IMG/VR virus record: IMGVR_UViG_3300025120_014916
Coordinates: 72,410-136,409 of that record
Direction: 5' to 3' (one strand)
DNA: 64,000 nt
DNA from: a virus
Shown here: positions 37,798-46,968 of the stretch, piece after piece
Numbering within the stretch: the stretch's first letter is position 1
Layout of the letters: each line of letters begins with the position of its first letter
Program-made: the position numbers and the translations under genes
Notes under the pieces: generated by a model
What the model saw: the letters and a program-made list of their open reading frames with translations, nothing else
Databases searched by the model: none
Told to the model about the DNA's origin: nothing

Positions 37798-40700
37798 TCA
37801 AGTACCGAACGTCTTAACACCGTAAAGTCTTACTAGCCATTTCCCTGCGCCGTAAGTTCCTGCGTCAGACGTACCACCGTTTCCATTAGCAAGATATAAA
37901 TAATAGTTATGAAGTCCATTTGTATATGCAGGATCTGTTGATCCTGGAAATGGGCCAATTTGTTCTTTATACTTACTTACAATCCAGTCGCCATCTGCAT
38001 CAATTAATTTTGCAAAATCTCCACCAACTCCGCCACCTTCTGGTTGAAGATCTGATTTTGCATAAAGGTCTAAGTCGGGTTCTCCTGTTGTTGGAGCTTC
38101 TACACAAATCATTTCTGCCTTATATATTAAACCGTTTACTCCTGAATTAAGCCTTGCGAAATATGCGTTAGCTGCACCGGAACTGTCGCCTATTATTCTT
38201 GCACCTGATCCGGCTGTTGACACCATATTATCAATATTTATTTTAAACGTTGTAACAACTTCATTGTTTATTTCTTGAACGTCAGCAGTTGGAGCGCCGT
38301 CCTCTCCGCCATCGAAACCATTACCACCAGCTGTTGTTGTACCAGCGTTCATTGTTACAGCGCCGCCATGATTAATTTCTAGTTTTGCAGCAACACTTGT
38401 TGCGTCTTCAGACTTAGCTGTAAAAAACGCTAGTTTTGTTTGGTTGTTAGCTGAATCAAATTCAGCTTCTGCGATTGCCTGAATAGAAGCACAAATCTCT
38501 TGTGCATCTGTTCCAGATTCACCAATTGCCTGAAAATCTATTTGACCAACAACTTCATCAGCAACTAATGCTGCCTCACTAGATAATAAATTAAGCCTGA
38601 CTGGACTGTTATCACCTGTTGGGATTCCTAAAATAGTGAATCCGGCTGCAGGTACGTGGGCTACAAGAGAATTTGATCCGTCTTCGTCATATTCAATATA
38701 AGCATCTGAATCTGTTCCAAATAGTAACTTTTTATCGTCTTGTATTAACACATCCTTGAAGAATGTAACAAGCTCAGAGCCACCTGTTGTTGCAAACTTT
38801 GCATAAAGATTACTGCCTTCTTTGATTACTAGTGCATCAGCTTGATTATCCGGTACTAATATTGCATTTTCACCTGCTTTAGAAAACTCGAGGGTACCTC
38901 CTGCGATTTCCAAATCGGTTCCAATTGTTAAGGGAGATCCACCGTTAAGTGACCCAGAAATTACAACGTCGCCACCGAATACTGCAGTTCCTAAGGTTGC
39001 TGTACCTCTAGAGCCTATCGATCCCGACACGAAGAAGTTAGTATCTGCGTAGAGAGATTCATTAATAGAGTTTGGTGACCCGTTAACACCTGATAGAATC
39101 AATACTCTTTTTGATTCTTTTATTCTAAATGTTTCTTGGTAAGGGTTTACGGTATTGCCTGAGCCGGCTGCGAGCGCTGATTGAAATATAATGTCGCCGC
39201 CCGAAGCACTACCTTTACCTCGGCCTGCATTTAGAAATAGATCACCACCACCAAGATTATTATTACCACCAGCGGTCGCATTACCTGCATCGATGATAAA
39301 TTTTCTACCTGCAACGTTGTTTGCAACCGTCGCTGATTCTATTGTTGCATCATTTGTATTTATTGTATCACCCAATATAACTGTGGGTATTCCGCCTCCG
39401 TTAACAACCAGTTTACCGCCCACAAGCATTGAAGATTGAACATGAACTGAATCATCTGCAGAAGATCCGGAAAGAATAACTTTGGCTGTATTTGATTTAA
39501 TAGTAACGCCACCTGCTGTCGACTCAATTTTAATAGCGTCATCTGCATTTCCGGATGTATTTGTTAACGATATCTTTTCATTAGCCGCAGTTCCGTGTGG
39601 AGTAAACACCATTTCAGTGGCTGAGGTTGGTCCTATTTTTAATGTTTTTCCATTTATCAAATTAGGTGCTATAAGCATGTCACCAGCAGTAGCGTCTATC
39701 TTAATAGCATCAGTGCCAGTACCGGCTGCAGTAATAATAATTGATGAATCATTTGCACCAACTTGTGCAATTGTTAAATCTTCTCCTGCAGTAGAAGAAG
39801 TGACAGTCAAGTTTACATCATCTGTTCCGTCGATAGATATTGTGGTTCCATCAATTGTCACAGCACCGGAAGCATTTACATCAAAAGTCGTACCATCCAT
39901 CGTGAACGTTCCATCAATATCTACATTATCTAGATTTGAAACTCCATCAACAGCAAGATCAGTTGTAACTGTCAAATCACCTGCAATAGTTGTTGTTGAA
40001 GCTGCACCTGCTGCTATTGTGACATCAACTTGTCCATCTGTTGCGTGTTCACCTTCAAGCTTAAGACCTGTTGTCATTGCAGTATTTGTACCGTCACTTT
40101 CTGCAACTTGTAATTCTAATGTTCCCGCCTCGTCTGTTTCATCAGATTCGCTAATAGAAGCAACAATTCCAGCAAACTGTGTGCTATTGTTTCCTTCGTC
40201 TTCACCAAAGAATGTAATCTTACCAAGTATTTCACCGTCCTCTGTGTCTGCTGCGTCCTTAAGAAATTGCAATTCACCAGAAGAGGCTGCTGTTGTATTT
40301 GTTGTTTTGATTGTTACAACAGGTTTTCCATCGGTTGCGGAATCAATTATAACTGCCGGACTAGTAACTGTCAATGATGTCGAAGCTGCAATTGATTGTG
40401 TCGCTGCGGTTGTTGTCATTGAAGTTGCATCTAAAGTTGCTGCACCCGTTACATCAATATCTAGAATACCTGCATCAATTTGAACTTCAGATGCCGAATC
40501 TGCGTCTGCATCTATATGAAATGCGACGCCGGCAGTATGCGCAGTCTTTAAAATAATGTTACCAGCAGCGTTAGTGGATTCAATATCAATTGGATGAGCG
40601 CCAGTTGAAGTGAAATCTAGACCACCAGCAGAAGTAATGCCAACTGCTGCTGCTGCAGTTCCTGCAGAATCGATTGTTATAGCAGTACCCGCATCAAGTT

Positions 40701-43629
40701 CAACAGTTGCTGCGTTAACGTCTACTTTTGTAGAAGTATCATGACCCACTGTTATTGTTTTTGCTTGACTGATATTACCAATTTCGATATTTGATGTATT
40801 AGCATCTGCTCCAATCTTTATAATTTCAGATGATCCGAGCTGGAGACCGGGAGCTGCGTCTTTAATAAAGTGCTCTTGCCCTGTACCAATTTTAAGTGAT
40901 TTTTCATCAGCTATGTATATATCGCCCCATTCATTTGTTGTAGTTCCTAGGTCACTTCCGCCAGAAGCGCTTGGAGATAAGTTTTTATTGACTTCAAATG
41001 AGTTGGTATCATTCTGCCACTGGAATGTTTTATCAGTAGTACCTTTAATAGTAATACCGCCGCCATCTGCTGTAGTATCTGATGCAGCTGCAACATTAAA
41101 AACCATTGAACCTGCTGAACTGTGATTGGCATCAAGTGTTATTTGAGTTGCACTATTAATTGCAGTAATTGTCCTTGTACCGCTATTTGCTGTATTGAAA
41201 GCACCGGTTCCGGAGGCTTTTACAACTGTTTGACCAATAATCATTCCGGTGGTCGATGCCACATTAACAGTTGCATTTCCCGTGGTTAGATTAGATGTTG
41301 CACTTACACTAGAAATTGCTACAACTGATCCTAATTCTATATTTTTATCATCAACTATCAATGTTGAACTGTTAACAGTCGTTGTTGTGCCATTAACTAC
41401 TAGATCACCTGCTACTACAACTTCGCCAGTTGATGATATTGTAAGTCTGTCTGTATTGCTTCCTGCATCAAATCTGATTTTGTCAGTGCTATGATCATAA
41501 TAAATTTGTCCGGATGCTGCAGCTGCGTTATCGCCAAATTGAATCAAACCAATATTGTTCGCAGAGCCTACCAACTGAATAGCTGGCCTTGCGTCATCTT
41601 CACTAATTACTGTTGCTGTTGTTGAATATACACCTCCTGATGATTGGTCACGTTTTGCATGGACCTCAGCTTGTGCCTGTTCTGTTCCGGCGCCTAGGCG
41701 TTCAACACTAAGATTAGCTTTTGTAAATGTCAGGTCGCCAGTACTTGCTCCTGTTGCTGTTGTTGTCCCAAGAGCAAACTCATCACGAGATTCATCCCAG
41801 ATAAATGCGGCATTATCGCTAGAGCCTCTTTCAATTATAAAGCCGGCGTCACCTGAAGGTGTTCCGGTGGTTCCATTTGCTAATTCAATTAATTTATCTG
41901 AAGTTTTGACGCTTCCATCGAAAATTGATGGGCCTACGACTGTAAATGTATTTGAACCTGATACTGTCATCGAACCGGTTACAGTCATTGAACCTGATAT
42001 GGAAAGGTTTGCACCTACATTAGATCCGGATGCTGCTACTATTTCTACGTTACCGGAGACTATTAATGCATCATTTGATCCAGAAGCACCTATCTTAAGT
42101 GGTGATGATCCCCTGAGTTCACCTTTTACTACTTGGTCACCCTCAACTACGAAAGTAGTGGCTTCACCAAACCTTCTTACTGTTATAACTTCAATGTTTC
42201 TAGAATTAAATCCAACTCCATCAACAACACGAGTAGTCGCATTTCGATGATCCGGATCACTTAGTACAATTAATTCTTGCAAGTCTGTGGTTGTCGTTCC
42301 TTCTGGAACAAAGCAAGGTTTTTGGAATATTGTTCCGGAAACAACTAAGTCACCTGCAATTACAGTTACCCCTGATGTTGCAGGTAGTCTTCCTGTTGTA
42401 CCACACGCCCCAGATATATAAGTACTGATATCTGATGGAAGGGCTGTTGTTGCAGCATTCAAACCGTAACTCTTAGTTGCAGCAACTCCGCCACCCTGAA
42501 TAACAACTTGATTTGTGCTACCGTCAACTAAAATAGCACCTTGCTTTTTTACTGGTGCACCTGAAATAATAGAAGAGCCCTCAACACGGAAATCTGCAGT
42601 TTTACCGTCTTCATTGAAAACTGCAATATTTGATGCAGCAACAATAAAGTTAGAACCTGAGATTATTGTTCTTTTAAGACCGCCGCCGGCGTAGGTTGAA
42701 CCAAAACCAATTACAACTTCACCAGTATTTGAACTGGTTAGGCTTTGTCCTATTACAGTGCTATAGTTTTGTTCTGTTTTGTTAAATATTCCACCCATAA
42801 CATTAGAGTACGATCCGGATACCTTATTATAAGCCCCACCAAATATTCCTGAAAAATCAGAGCCACCTGAAGCTAGATTAGTTGTTCCAGATATGTGATT
42901 ATCTCCGCCTCCAACAATTACACTTGCACTTGAACCTGAGATAAGATTGTTCTTTCCGCCGAATATTGCATTTTTTGTATTTGACGTCAATTGTGTTGGC
43001 TTAGTTGCGTTACCAAAACCTCCAACAACAGCATCATGCTCTCCTGAACCGGTTACTTTATTACCAAATGCAATACTATTTGTCCCAGAAGCTAATGGGC
43101 CATCACCAATAGCAACTGAATGTGTACCTGCTGCTAGCGGGTCTAATGCTGGTGTACCATTATATTCGTCATAATAGTGAAGACCTTCAAGCACATCATT
43201 TGTTATTGTACTTTTAATTGTTAGCTGACCATTTGATGCAGAAGTAATTTGAATTCCTGCAGCTGCAACAAGATATGAAACACCGTCAGCTGTATGGTGA
43301 ATGGATCCACTTATAGACCCACCGAAGTTGCGGCCGGCGTCTTTAACAACAAGGGATCCGGAAATATAAGTATCGCCTTGAAGTAATACTGCTCCACCGT
43401 TTGAGCCGTCCTTAGAAGTCTGTGAACCACTTATAAAAATTGATACATCATTTCCGATATCTGTATATGCAGGCGCAGCTGGATTACCTCCAAGCTCATT
43501 TGGCGCTACTGACTCACTATAAACAGAAAGTTCTAGTTTTTTATGAACTATACCGCCGGAAGGCGAGCTTCCTGTCATTATTACTTTAGCTGTTCTTATT
43601 TGATTAGCTGTAAAATCTCTAACTGCCAT
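37798..43629 (-). CDS. Giant modular tail fibre / receptor-binding protein (1943 aa)
   Basis: G/S/T/A-rich; YadA-head-like repeats (SVAIG..ASG.NSIAFG, GG.NN.ISG); repeated GD.VISGSL, D.K.IEL and fibre knob modules; higher GC than neighbours. Confidence 0.8.
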   Translation of the reverse strand: MAVRDFTANQIRTAKVIMTGSSPSGGIVHKKLELSVYSESVAPNELGGNPAAPAYTDIGNDVSIFISGSQTSKDGSNGGAVLLQGDTYISGSLVVKDAGRNFGGSISGSIHHTADGVSYLVAAAGIQITSASNGQLTIKSTITNDVLEGLHYYDEYNGTPALDPLAAGTHSVAIGDGPLASGTNSIAFGNKVTGSGEHDAVVGGFGNATKPTQLTSNTKNAIFGGKNNLISGSSASVIVGGGDNHISGTTNLASGGSDFSGIFGGAYNKVSGSYSNVMGGIFNKTEQNYSTVIGQSLTSSNTGEVVIGFGSTYAGGGLKRTIISGSNFIVAASNIAVFNEDGKTADFRVEGSSIISGAPVKKQGAILVDGSTNQVVIQGGGVAATKSYGLNAATTALPSDISTYISGACGTTGRLPATSGVTVIAGDLVVSGTIFQKPCFVPEGTTTTDLQELIVLSDPDHRNATTRVVDGVGFNSRNIEVITVRRFGEATTFVVEGDQVVKGELRGSSPLKIGASGSNDALIVSGNVEIVAASGSNVGANLSISGSMTVTGSMTVSGSNTFTVVGPSIFDGSVKTSDKLIELANGTTGTPSGDAGFIIERGSSDNAAFIWDESRDEFALGTTTATGASTGDLTFTKANLSVERLGAGTEQAQAEVHAKRDQSSGGVYSTTATVISEDDARPAIQLVGSANNIGLIQFGDNAAAASGQIYYDHSTDKIRFDAGSNTDRLTISSTGEVVVAGDLVVNGTTTTVNSSTLIVDDKNIELGSVVAISSVSATSNLTTGNATVNVASTTGMIIGQTVVKASGTGAFNTANSGTRTITAINSATQITLDANHSSAGSMVFNVAAASDTTADGGGITIKGTTDKTFQWQNDTNSFEVNKNLSPSASGGSDLGTTTNEWGDIYIADEKSLKIGTGQEHFIKDAAPGLQLGSSEIIKIGADANTSNIEIGNISQAKTITVGHDTSTKVDVNAATVELDAGTAITIDSAGTAAAAVGITSAGGLDFTSTGAHPIDIESTNAAGNIILKTAHTAGVAFHIDADADSASEVQIDAGILDIDVTGAATLDATSMTTTAATQSIAASTSLTVTSPAVIIDSATDGKPVVTIKTTNTTAASSGELQFLKDAADTEDGEILGKITFFGEDEGNNSTQFAGIVASISESDETDEAGTLELQVAESDGTNTAMTTGLKLEGEHATDGQVDVTIAAGAASTTTIAGDLTVTTDLAVDGVSNLDNVDIDGTFTMDGTTFDVNASGAVTIDGTTISIDGTDDVNLTVTSSTAGEDLTIAQVGANDSSIIITAAGTGTDAIKIDATAGDMLIAPNLINGKTLKIGPTSATEMVFTPHGTAANEKISLTNTSGNADDAIKIESTAGGVTIKSNTAKVILSGSSADDSVHVQSSMLVGGKLVVNGGGIPTVILGDTINTNDATIESATVANNVAGRKFIIDAGNATAGGNNNLGGGDLFLNAGRGKGSASGGDIIFQSALAAGSGNTVNPYQETFRIKESKRVLILSGVNGSPNSINESLYADTNFFVSGSIGSRGTATLGTAVFGGDVVISGSLNGGSPLTIGTDLEIAGGTLEFSKAGENAILVPDNQADALVIKEGSNLYAKFATTGGSELVTFFKDVLIQDDKKLLFGTDSDAYIEYDEDGSNSLVAHVPAAGFTILGIPTGDNSPVRLNLLSSEAALVADEVVGQIDFQAIGESGTDAQEICASIQAIAEAEFDSANNQTKLAFFTAKSEDATSVAAKLEINHGGAVTMNAGTTTAGGNGFDGGEDGAPTADVQEINNEVVTTFKINIDNMVSTAGSGARIIGDSSGAANAYFARLNSGVNGLIYKAEMICVEAPTTGEPDLDLYAKSDLQPEGGGVGGDFAKLIDADGDWIVSKYKEQIGPFPGSTDPAYTNGLHNYYLYLANGNGGTSDAGTYGAGKWLVRLYGVKTFGT

Positions 43630-43632
43630 TTT

Positions 43633-44256
43633 TTAACATCCTCTTTCGATTGCTTGCATATAAACTTTTCCTTTATAGCCGGCTTTTGATACTTCTATTG
43701 TTACTGCTGTTGTTGATATTGCTGTAACAAATGCATTCACATCTTCATCTGCTGATACTGTAACGATTGGTGTACAACTAAATGCTGCTTGAAATGTATA
43801 GGTATATTGATCTTGACCAGACACTTTTGGAAATTGCAGTGTTGCTACTTCTAATTCTTTTCCGATATTTGGCATTTCATATACTCCGTCTTCTAATGCT
43901 TGATAGTATACATATCCTGTATAATATCCACTAGTTCTAAATATGCACTGAGAAGTTGTTATATCCGTAATAAAAACATTAAAGTTAGGATTGTTTATTG
44001 TGGCATCGTCTGTTGTTCTTGCAAGTGTTGTTGCTATTACTGCTGGAGGTGTATCAAAACAGCATGGAAATTCATGCACTAGTTCAGACTGGTTGTCAAA
44101 ATATTCCCAATATGCGCCCCATGTAAACGTTGATACGTTTTTAAGATCATCACACAATAGCGGTCTTGGCTTCTTTCTTATATAACGATATATTTTCCTA
44201 TATCTATTTTGGTCTCTTACAAGAACCTTTTTGTCGTCTTTTATGAAAGTTGCCAT
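43633..44256 (-). CDS. Fibre-associated protein with two tandem H-type-lectin-like beta modules
   Basis: Internal repeat F..P.V.AT..FNVFITDITTSQC.FRTS..YTG.VYYQAL versus FS.TPIVTVS..VNAFVTAISTTAVTIEVS..YKGKVYMQAI; 3 nt upstream of the fibre gene. Confidence 0.5.
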   Translation of the reverse strand: MATFIKDDKKVLVRDQNRYRKIYRYIRKKPRPLLCDDLKNVSTFTWGAYWEYFDNQSELVHEFPCCFDTPPAVIATTLARTTDDATINNPNFNVFITDITTSQCIFRTSGYYTGYVYYQALEDGVYEMPNIGKELEVATLQFPKVSGQDQYTYTFQAAFSCTPIVTVSADEDVNAFVTAISTTAVTIEVSKAGYKGKVYMQAIERGC

Positions 44257-44273
44257 TTAAAACCCGCTCGTCG

Positions 44274-45632
44274 CTAAATTATTTCCGCTGCTATAGAAGA
44301 TAAATATGACCTTTCTCCCTTTTTTAACTGTACATGGCCTGCAACTTTTTCATTTTTAAATTTTTCGCTAACAATAGTCAGACCATTAGAGTGTGAATCT
44401 ATGTAAGGCGTATCAATTTGATCAACATCACCTAGTAAAACAATTTTACTATTTTCGCCAACTCTTGTAATTACTGTCTTTAATTCATGAATAGTGCAGT
44501 TTTGTGCTTCATCCATAATTAAAAAAGTATCAGCAAATGTTCTTCCTCTCATGAAAGCTAGGGGTGCAATCTCAATATCCCCCTTATCTCTCATTGAACT
44601 AAAGTATGTAAGGTCATTATCTTTCAAACCTTGACGAAAGTTATCCATGATTGGTGCTATCCATGGAAGCATCTTATCATTCATATCGCCCGGTAAAAAT
44701 CCTATATCCCTACCAACAGGCTGTACATTTCTAGTGATAACAATTCTTCTATATCTTCCTGCATGCAATCCTTCTATTCCTGCTAATAATGTTAAGTAAG
44801 TCTTTCCGCTGCCCGCTAGTCCGGTTATTGAAACAAGTGGAATAGAATCATCATTCAAAAGGTTAATTGCATAAAGCTGTTCTCTATTTCTTTCTTTTAC
44901 CCAAGCTAGACCACTACTCATTTCTTCACTACTTTTTAGTTTTTTAATATTGCCTTCCGAGTAAAATCCTAAAAAGGATTGACTTCCTGATTTTAAACAA
45001 ATAAATTCGTTTTCTAGAAATTTTCTTCCTAAACTCTTTTCTGCTGCAGTTAAAATGGTCTTATTATGTGAATGCAGATCAGAATAGCACATATCTATAA
45101 TATAATTGTCACTATCTTTTATTTCTATATCGACATAACCTCTATAGAATTCTTCATCTGCTAAATCTATTTTATCTTTAAGATAGTCTTGCGCAGTAAT
45201 CCCCAGTGCATCACACTTAACTCTGAAGTTAATGTCTTTTGTTACCATTATGACAGGACATTTATTTTTTTGAGTTAATTCTAAAGCTAATCCGATCATC
45301 TGATTGTCTGGGGAAGACGCGTCCAATCCTACTGGTACCTTGTATTTTGTTTTAATATCAACTTTTATTGTTTGATTACTTCTATTTTGTATCTCTATGC
45401 CTGAATGTAAATTTCCAACCTTTCTTAAATTATCCAAATATCTGTTTACATATCTCGCATTTTCACCGATTATACCTTTTTTATCTTTAAACCTATCTAA
45501 TTCATCAAGTGCTACTAACGGTATAAGTACATCATTACCAGAAAAAGAATGAATTGAGCACCTATCGTAAAGCATCACGCTGGTATCTAAAATAAATATT
45601 TTTCTATTTTTATCTGTTTTTAACTTAGACAT
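44274..45632 (-). CDS. phoH: PIN-PhoH fusion ATPase (YlaK/PhoH2-type)
   Basis: PIN motif ILDTSVMLYD..LDELDRFK; GLAGSGKT; GFLPGD; MRGRTF; DEAQN; GDVDQID. Start placed at ATG 45632 behind AAGGTGA. Confidence 0.93.
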   Translation of the reverse strand: MSKLKTDKNRKIFILDTSVMLYDRCSIHSFSGNDVLIPLVALDELDRFKDKKGIIGENARYVNRYLDNLRKVGNLHSGIEIQNRSNQTIKVDIKTKYKVPVGLDASSPDNQMIGLALELTQKNKCPVIMVTKDINFRVKCDALGITAQDYLKDKIDLADEEFYRGYVDIEIKDSDNYIIDMCYSDLHSHNKTILTAAEKSLGRKFLENEFICLKSGSQSFLGFYSEGNIKKLKSSEEMSSGLAWVKERNREQLYAINLLNDDSIPLVSITGLAGSGKTYLTLLAGIEGLHAGRYRRIVITRNVQPVGRDIGFLPGDMNDKMLPWIAPIMDNFRQGLKDNDLTYFSSMRDKGDIEIAPLAFMRGRTFADTFLIMDEAQNCTIHELKTVITRVGENSKIVLLGDVDQIDTPYIDSHSNGLTIVSEKFKNEKVAGHVQLKKGERSYLSSIAAEII

Positions 45633-45714
45633 TATACATTTCACCTTTTTTTTGTTTTTTTTAAGTAGACCGGTTATTATTATAAGTATAACACGTTAAA
45701 AGGTATAAATAAAT

Positions 45715-45954
45715 ATGAAACAAAAATGCTTTGAAAAATGCTCTTCAGAAAAAAAGAATTGTAGTGTTAATGCATGCAGATACTGGATAGAAGCTAAGGA
45801 ATATAACAACTGCTGTATAGTTGGCGCAAACTCTAGTGAAAAAATTACATTACAGAATATAGGTGAAATATTTAAAGTAACTAGAATGAGAATATGTCAA
45901 ATAGAAAAAATAGCTGTTAAGAAGCTTAAAGAAAAAGTTGTTTCGATACTGTAG
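45715..45954 (+). CDS. Stand-alone sigma-70 region-4 HTH protein with a Cys-rich N-terminus
   Basis: ITLQNIGEIFKVTRMRICQIEKIAVKKL matches TL.EIG..F.VTRERIRQIE.KAL.KL; six Cys in the N-terminal half. Confidence 0.75.
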   Translation: MKQKCFEKCSSEKKNCSVNACRYWIEAKEYNNCCIVGANSSEKITLQNIGEIFKVTRMRICQIEKIAVKKLKEKVVSIL

Positions 45955-45981
45955 TGTTTTTCACTAATAAAATAAAAAATG

Positions 45982-46011
45982 AAAAGGGGATCAAATATGA
46001 TCCCCTTTTTT
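45982..46011. terminator. Bidirectional intrinsic terminator
   Basis: AAAA-GGGGATCA-AATA-TGATCCCC-TTTTTT between convergent genes. Confidence 0.8.
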
Positions 46012-46037
46012 AGCATAGTAAGAATGATTTAGATTAT

Positions 46038-46226
46038 CTATTCATTCTTATCATACGTCAAAGAACTTTTTACAAGATCAGCTGCAGCTTTTTTAACTTC
46101 GCGTAATGCTTTTCTTGCTCTAACACCTGCTGATTTATTACCTTGCGCATTTTTAAGTACATCTGTTTGAAGTGTTTCAACAAGTACTTTTAATTCTTCG
46201 TATTGTGTAACAATTGTTTCGTTCAT
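46038..46226 (-). CDS. Histone H1-like nucleoid protein, short Hc1 family
   Basis: KNAQGNKSAGVRARKALREVKKAAADL matches the Hc1 core GNKAAG.RARK. Confidence 0.75.
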   Translation of the reverse strand: MNETIVTQYEELKVLVETLQTDVLKNAQGNKSAGVRARKALREVKKAAADLVKSSLTYDKNE

Positions 46227-46237
46227 GATTATCTCCT

Positions 46238-46498
46238 CTAGTTTAAAAGAATTTTATTTTTGTTGCTGTCTTTATCTATATTATTACTATTTTCTTCTGC
46301 GTTAAAATTTGAACCAAACTTTTTTAAAAAACTAGCTATTTTTTTCATATTTTCATTATCCTCTAATGACATTGCAAGGTTAAGCATTATTTCTATTTTT
46401 TGCTCATCTGTTACGCCAAATTCTAAGATTGTTTTACAGATTTTTCTTGCCTCTTTTTTTCTATTTAATAACTCAATAGCTTTCTTTTTTTCTGACAT
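46238..46498 (-). CDS. Hypothetical protein
   Basis: 86-aa ORF within the operon, 2-11 nt spacings. Confidence 0.65.
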   Translation of the reverse strand: MSEKKKAIELLNRKKEARKICKTILEFGVTDEQKIEIMLNLAMSLEDNENMKKIASFLKKFGSNFNAEENSNNIDKDSNKNKILLN

Positions 46499-46500
46499 TT

Positions 46501-46968
46501 TTACTCCACAATATCAACAATTACATTGTTTTTAATTTTAAAAATATTAGACGATGATACTTCTATAGTTTTTACATGTTGTTTTTCATCTATTATCTCT
46601 CTTCTTAACACAACGACTTCACCCCATCTTTCTTCTTCAAATATGTCTACTATTTGTTCCCAATTAGATATATCAGTTTCTATTTTTATAAGTGCGTTTG
46701 TCAGCCTTTCTGGTAGCATGTATCCTAATTCTTCTATAGAGACTGTTAAACTGCTTTGATCTTTTCCGCCTCTTATCTCTGATCTACATATGTCTTTAAC
46801 GTGGTGCATCGTATCACAGTTGTTGCACTTTACTAGTTTTGGAATTACATTTCCATTCTTATCAAACTTAGAATATACTGGAAATTTGTGACTAGGCATT
46901 TCTTTTTTTACAGCCCTATATATTGCTAAAACACAGTGACACTCTATTAAATGCTTAATTCCCTGCAT
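46501..46968 (-). CDS. Hypothetical Zn-binding protein
   Basis: HLIECHC...CNNC..MH...C; overlaps the end of the chaperonin-like gene. Confidence 0.6.
   Translation of the reverse strand: MQGIKHLIECHCVLAIYRAVKKEMPSHKFPVYSKFDKNGNVIPKLVKCNNCDTMHHVKDICRSEIRGGKDQSSLTVSIEELGYMLPERLTNALIKIETDISNWEQIVDIFEEERWGEVVVLRREIIDEKQHVKTIEVSSSNIFKIKNNVIVDIVE

Noticed and set aside
39482-40483. 333-aa plus-strand ORF, and the other plus-strand ORFs over 1-45 kb
   Set aside because: They are antisense shadows of long minus-strand genes, with no RBS or motifs; they arise from codon bias in the real genes.
37798-43629. Diversity-generating retroelement target or invertible fibre cassette
   Set aside because: No reverse transcriptase, template repeat, invertase or flanking inverted repeats seen in the window.
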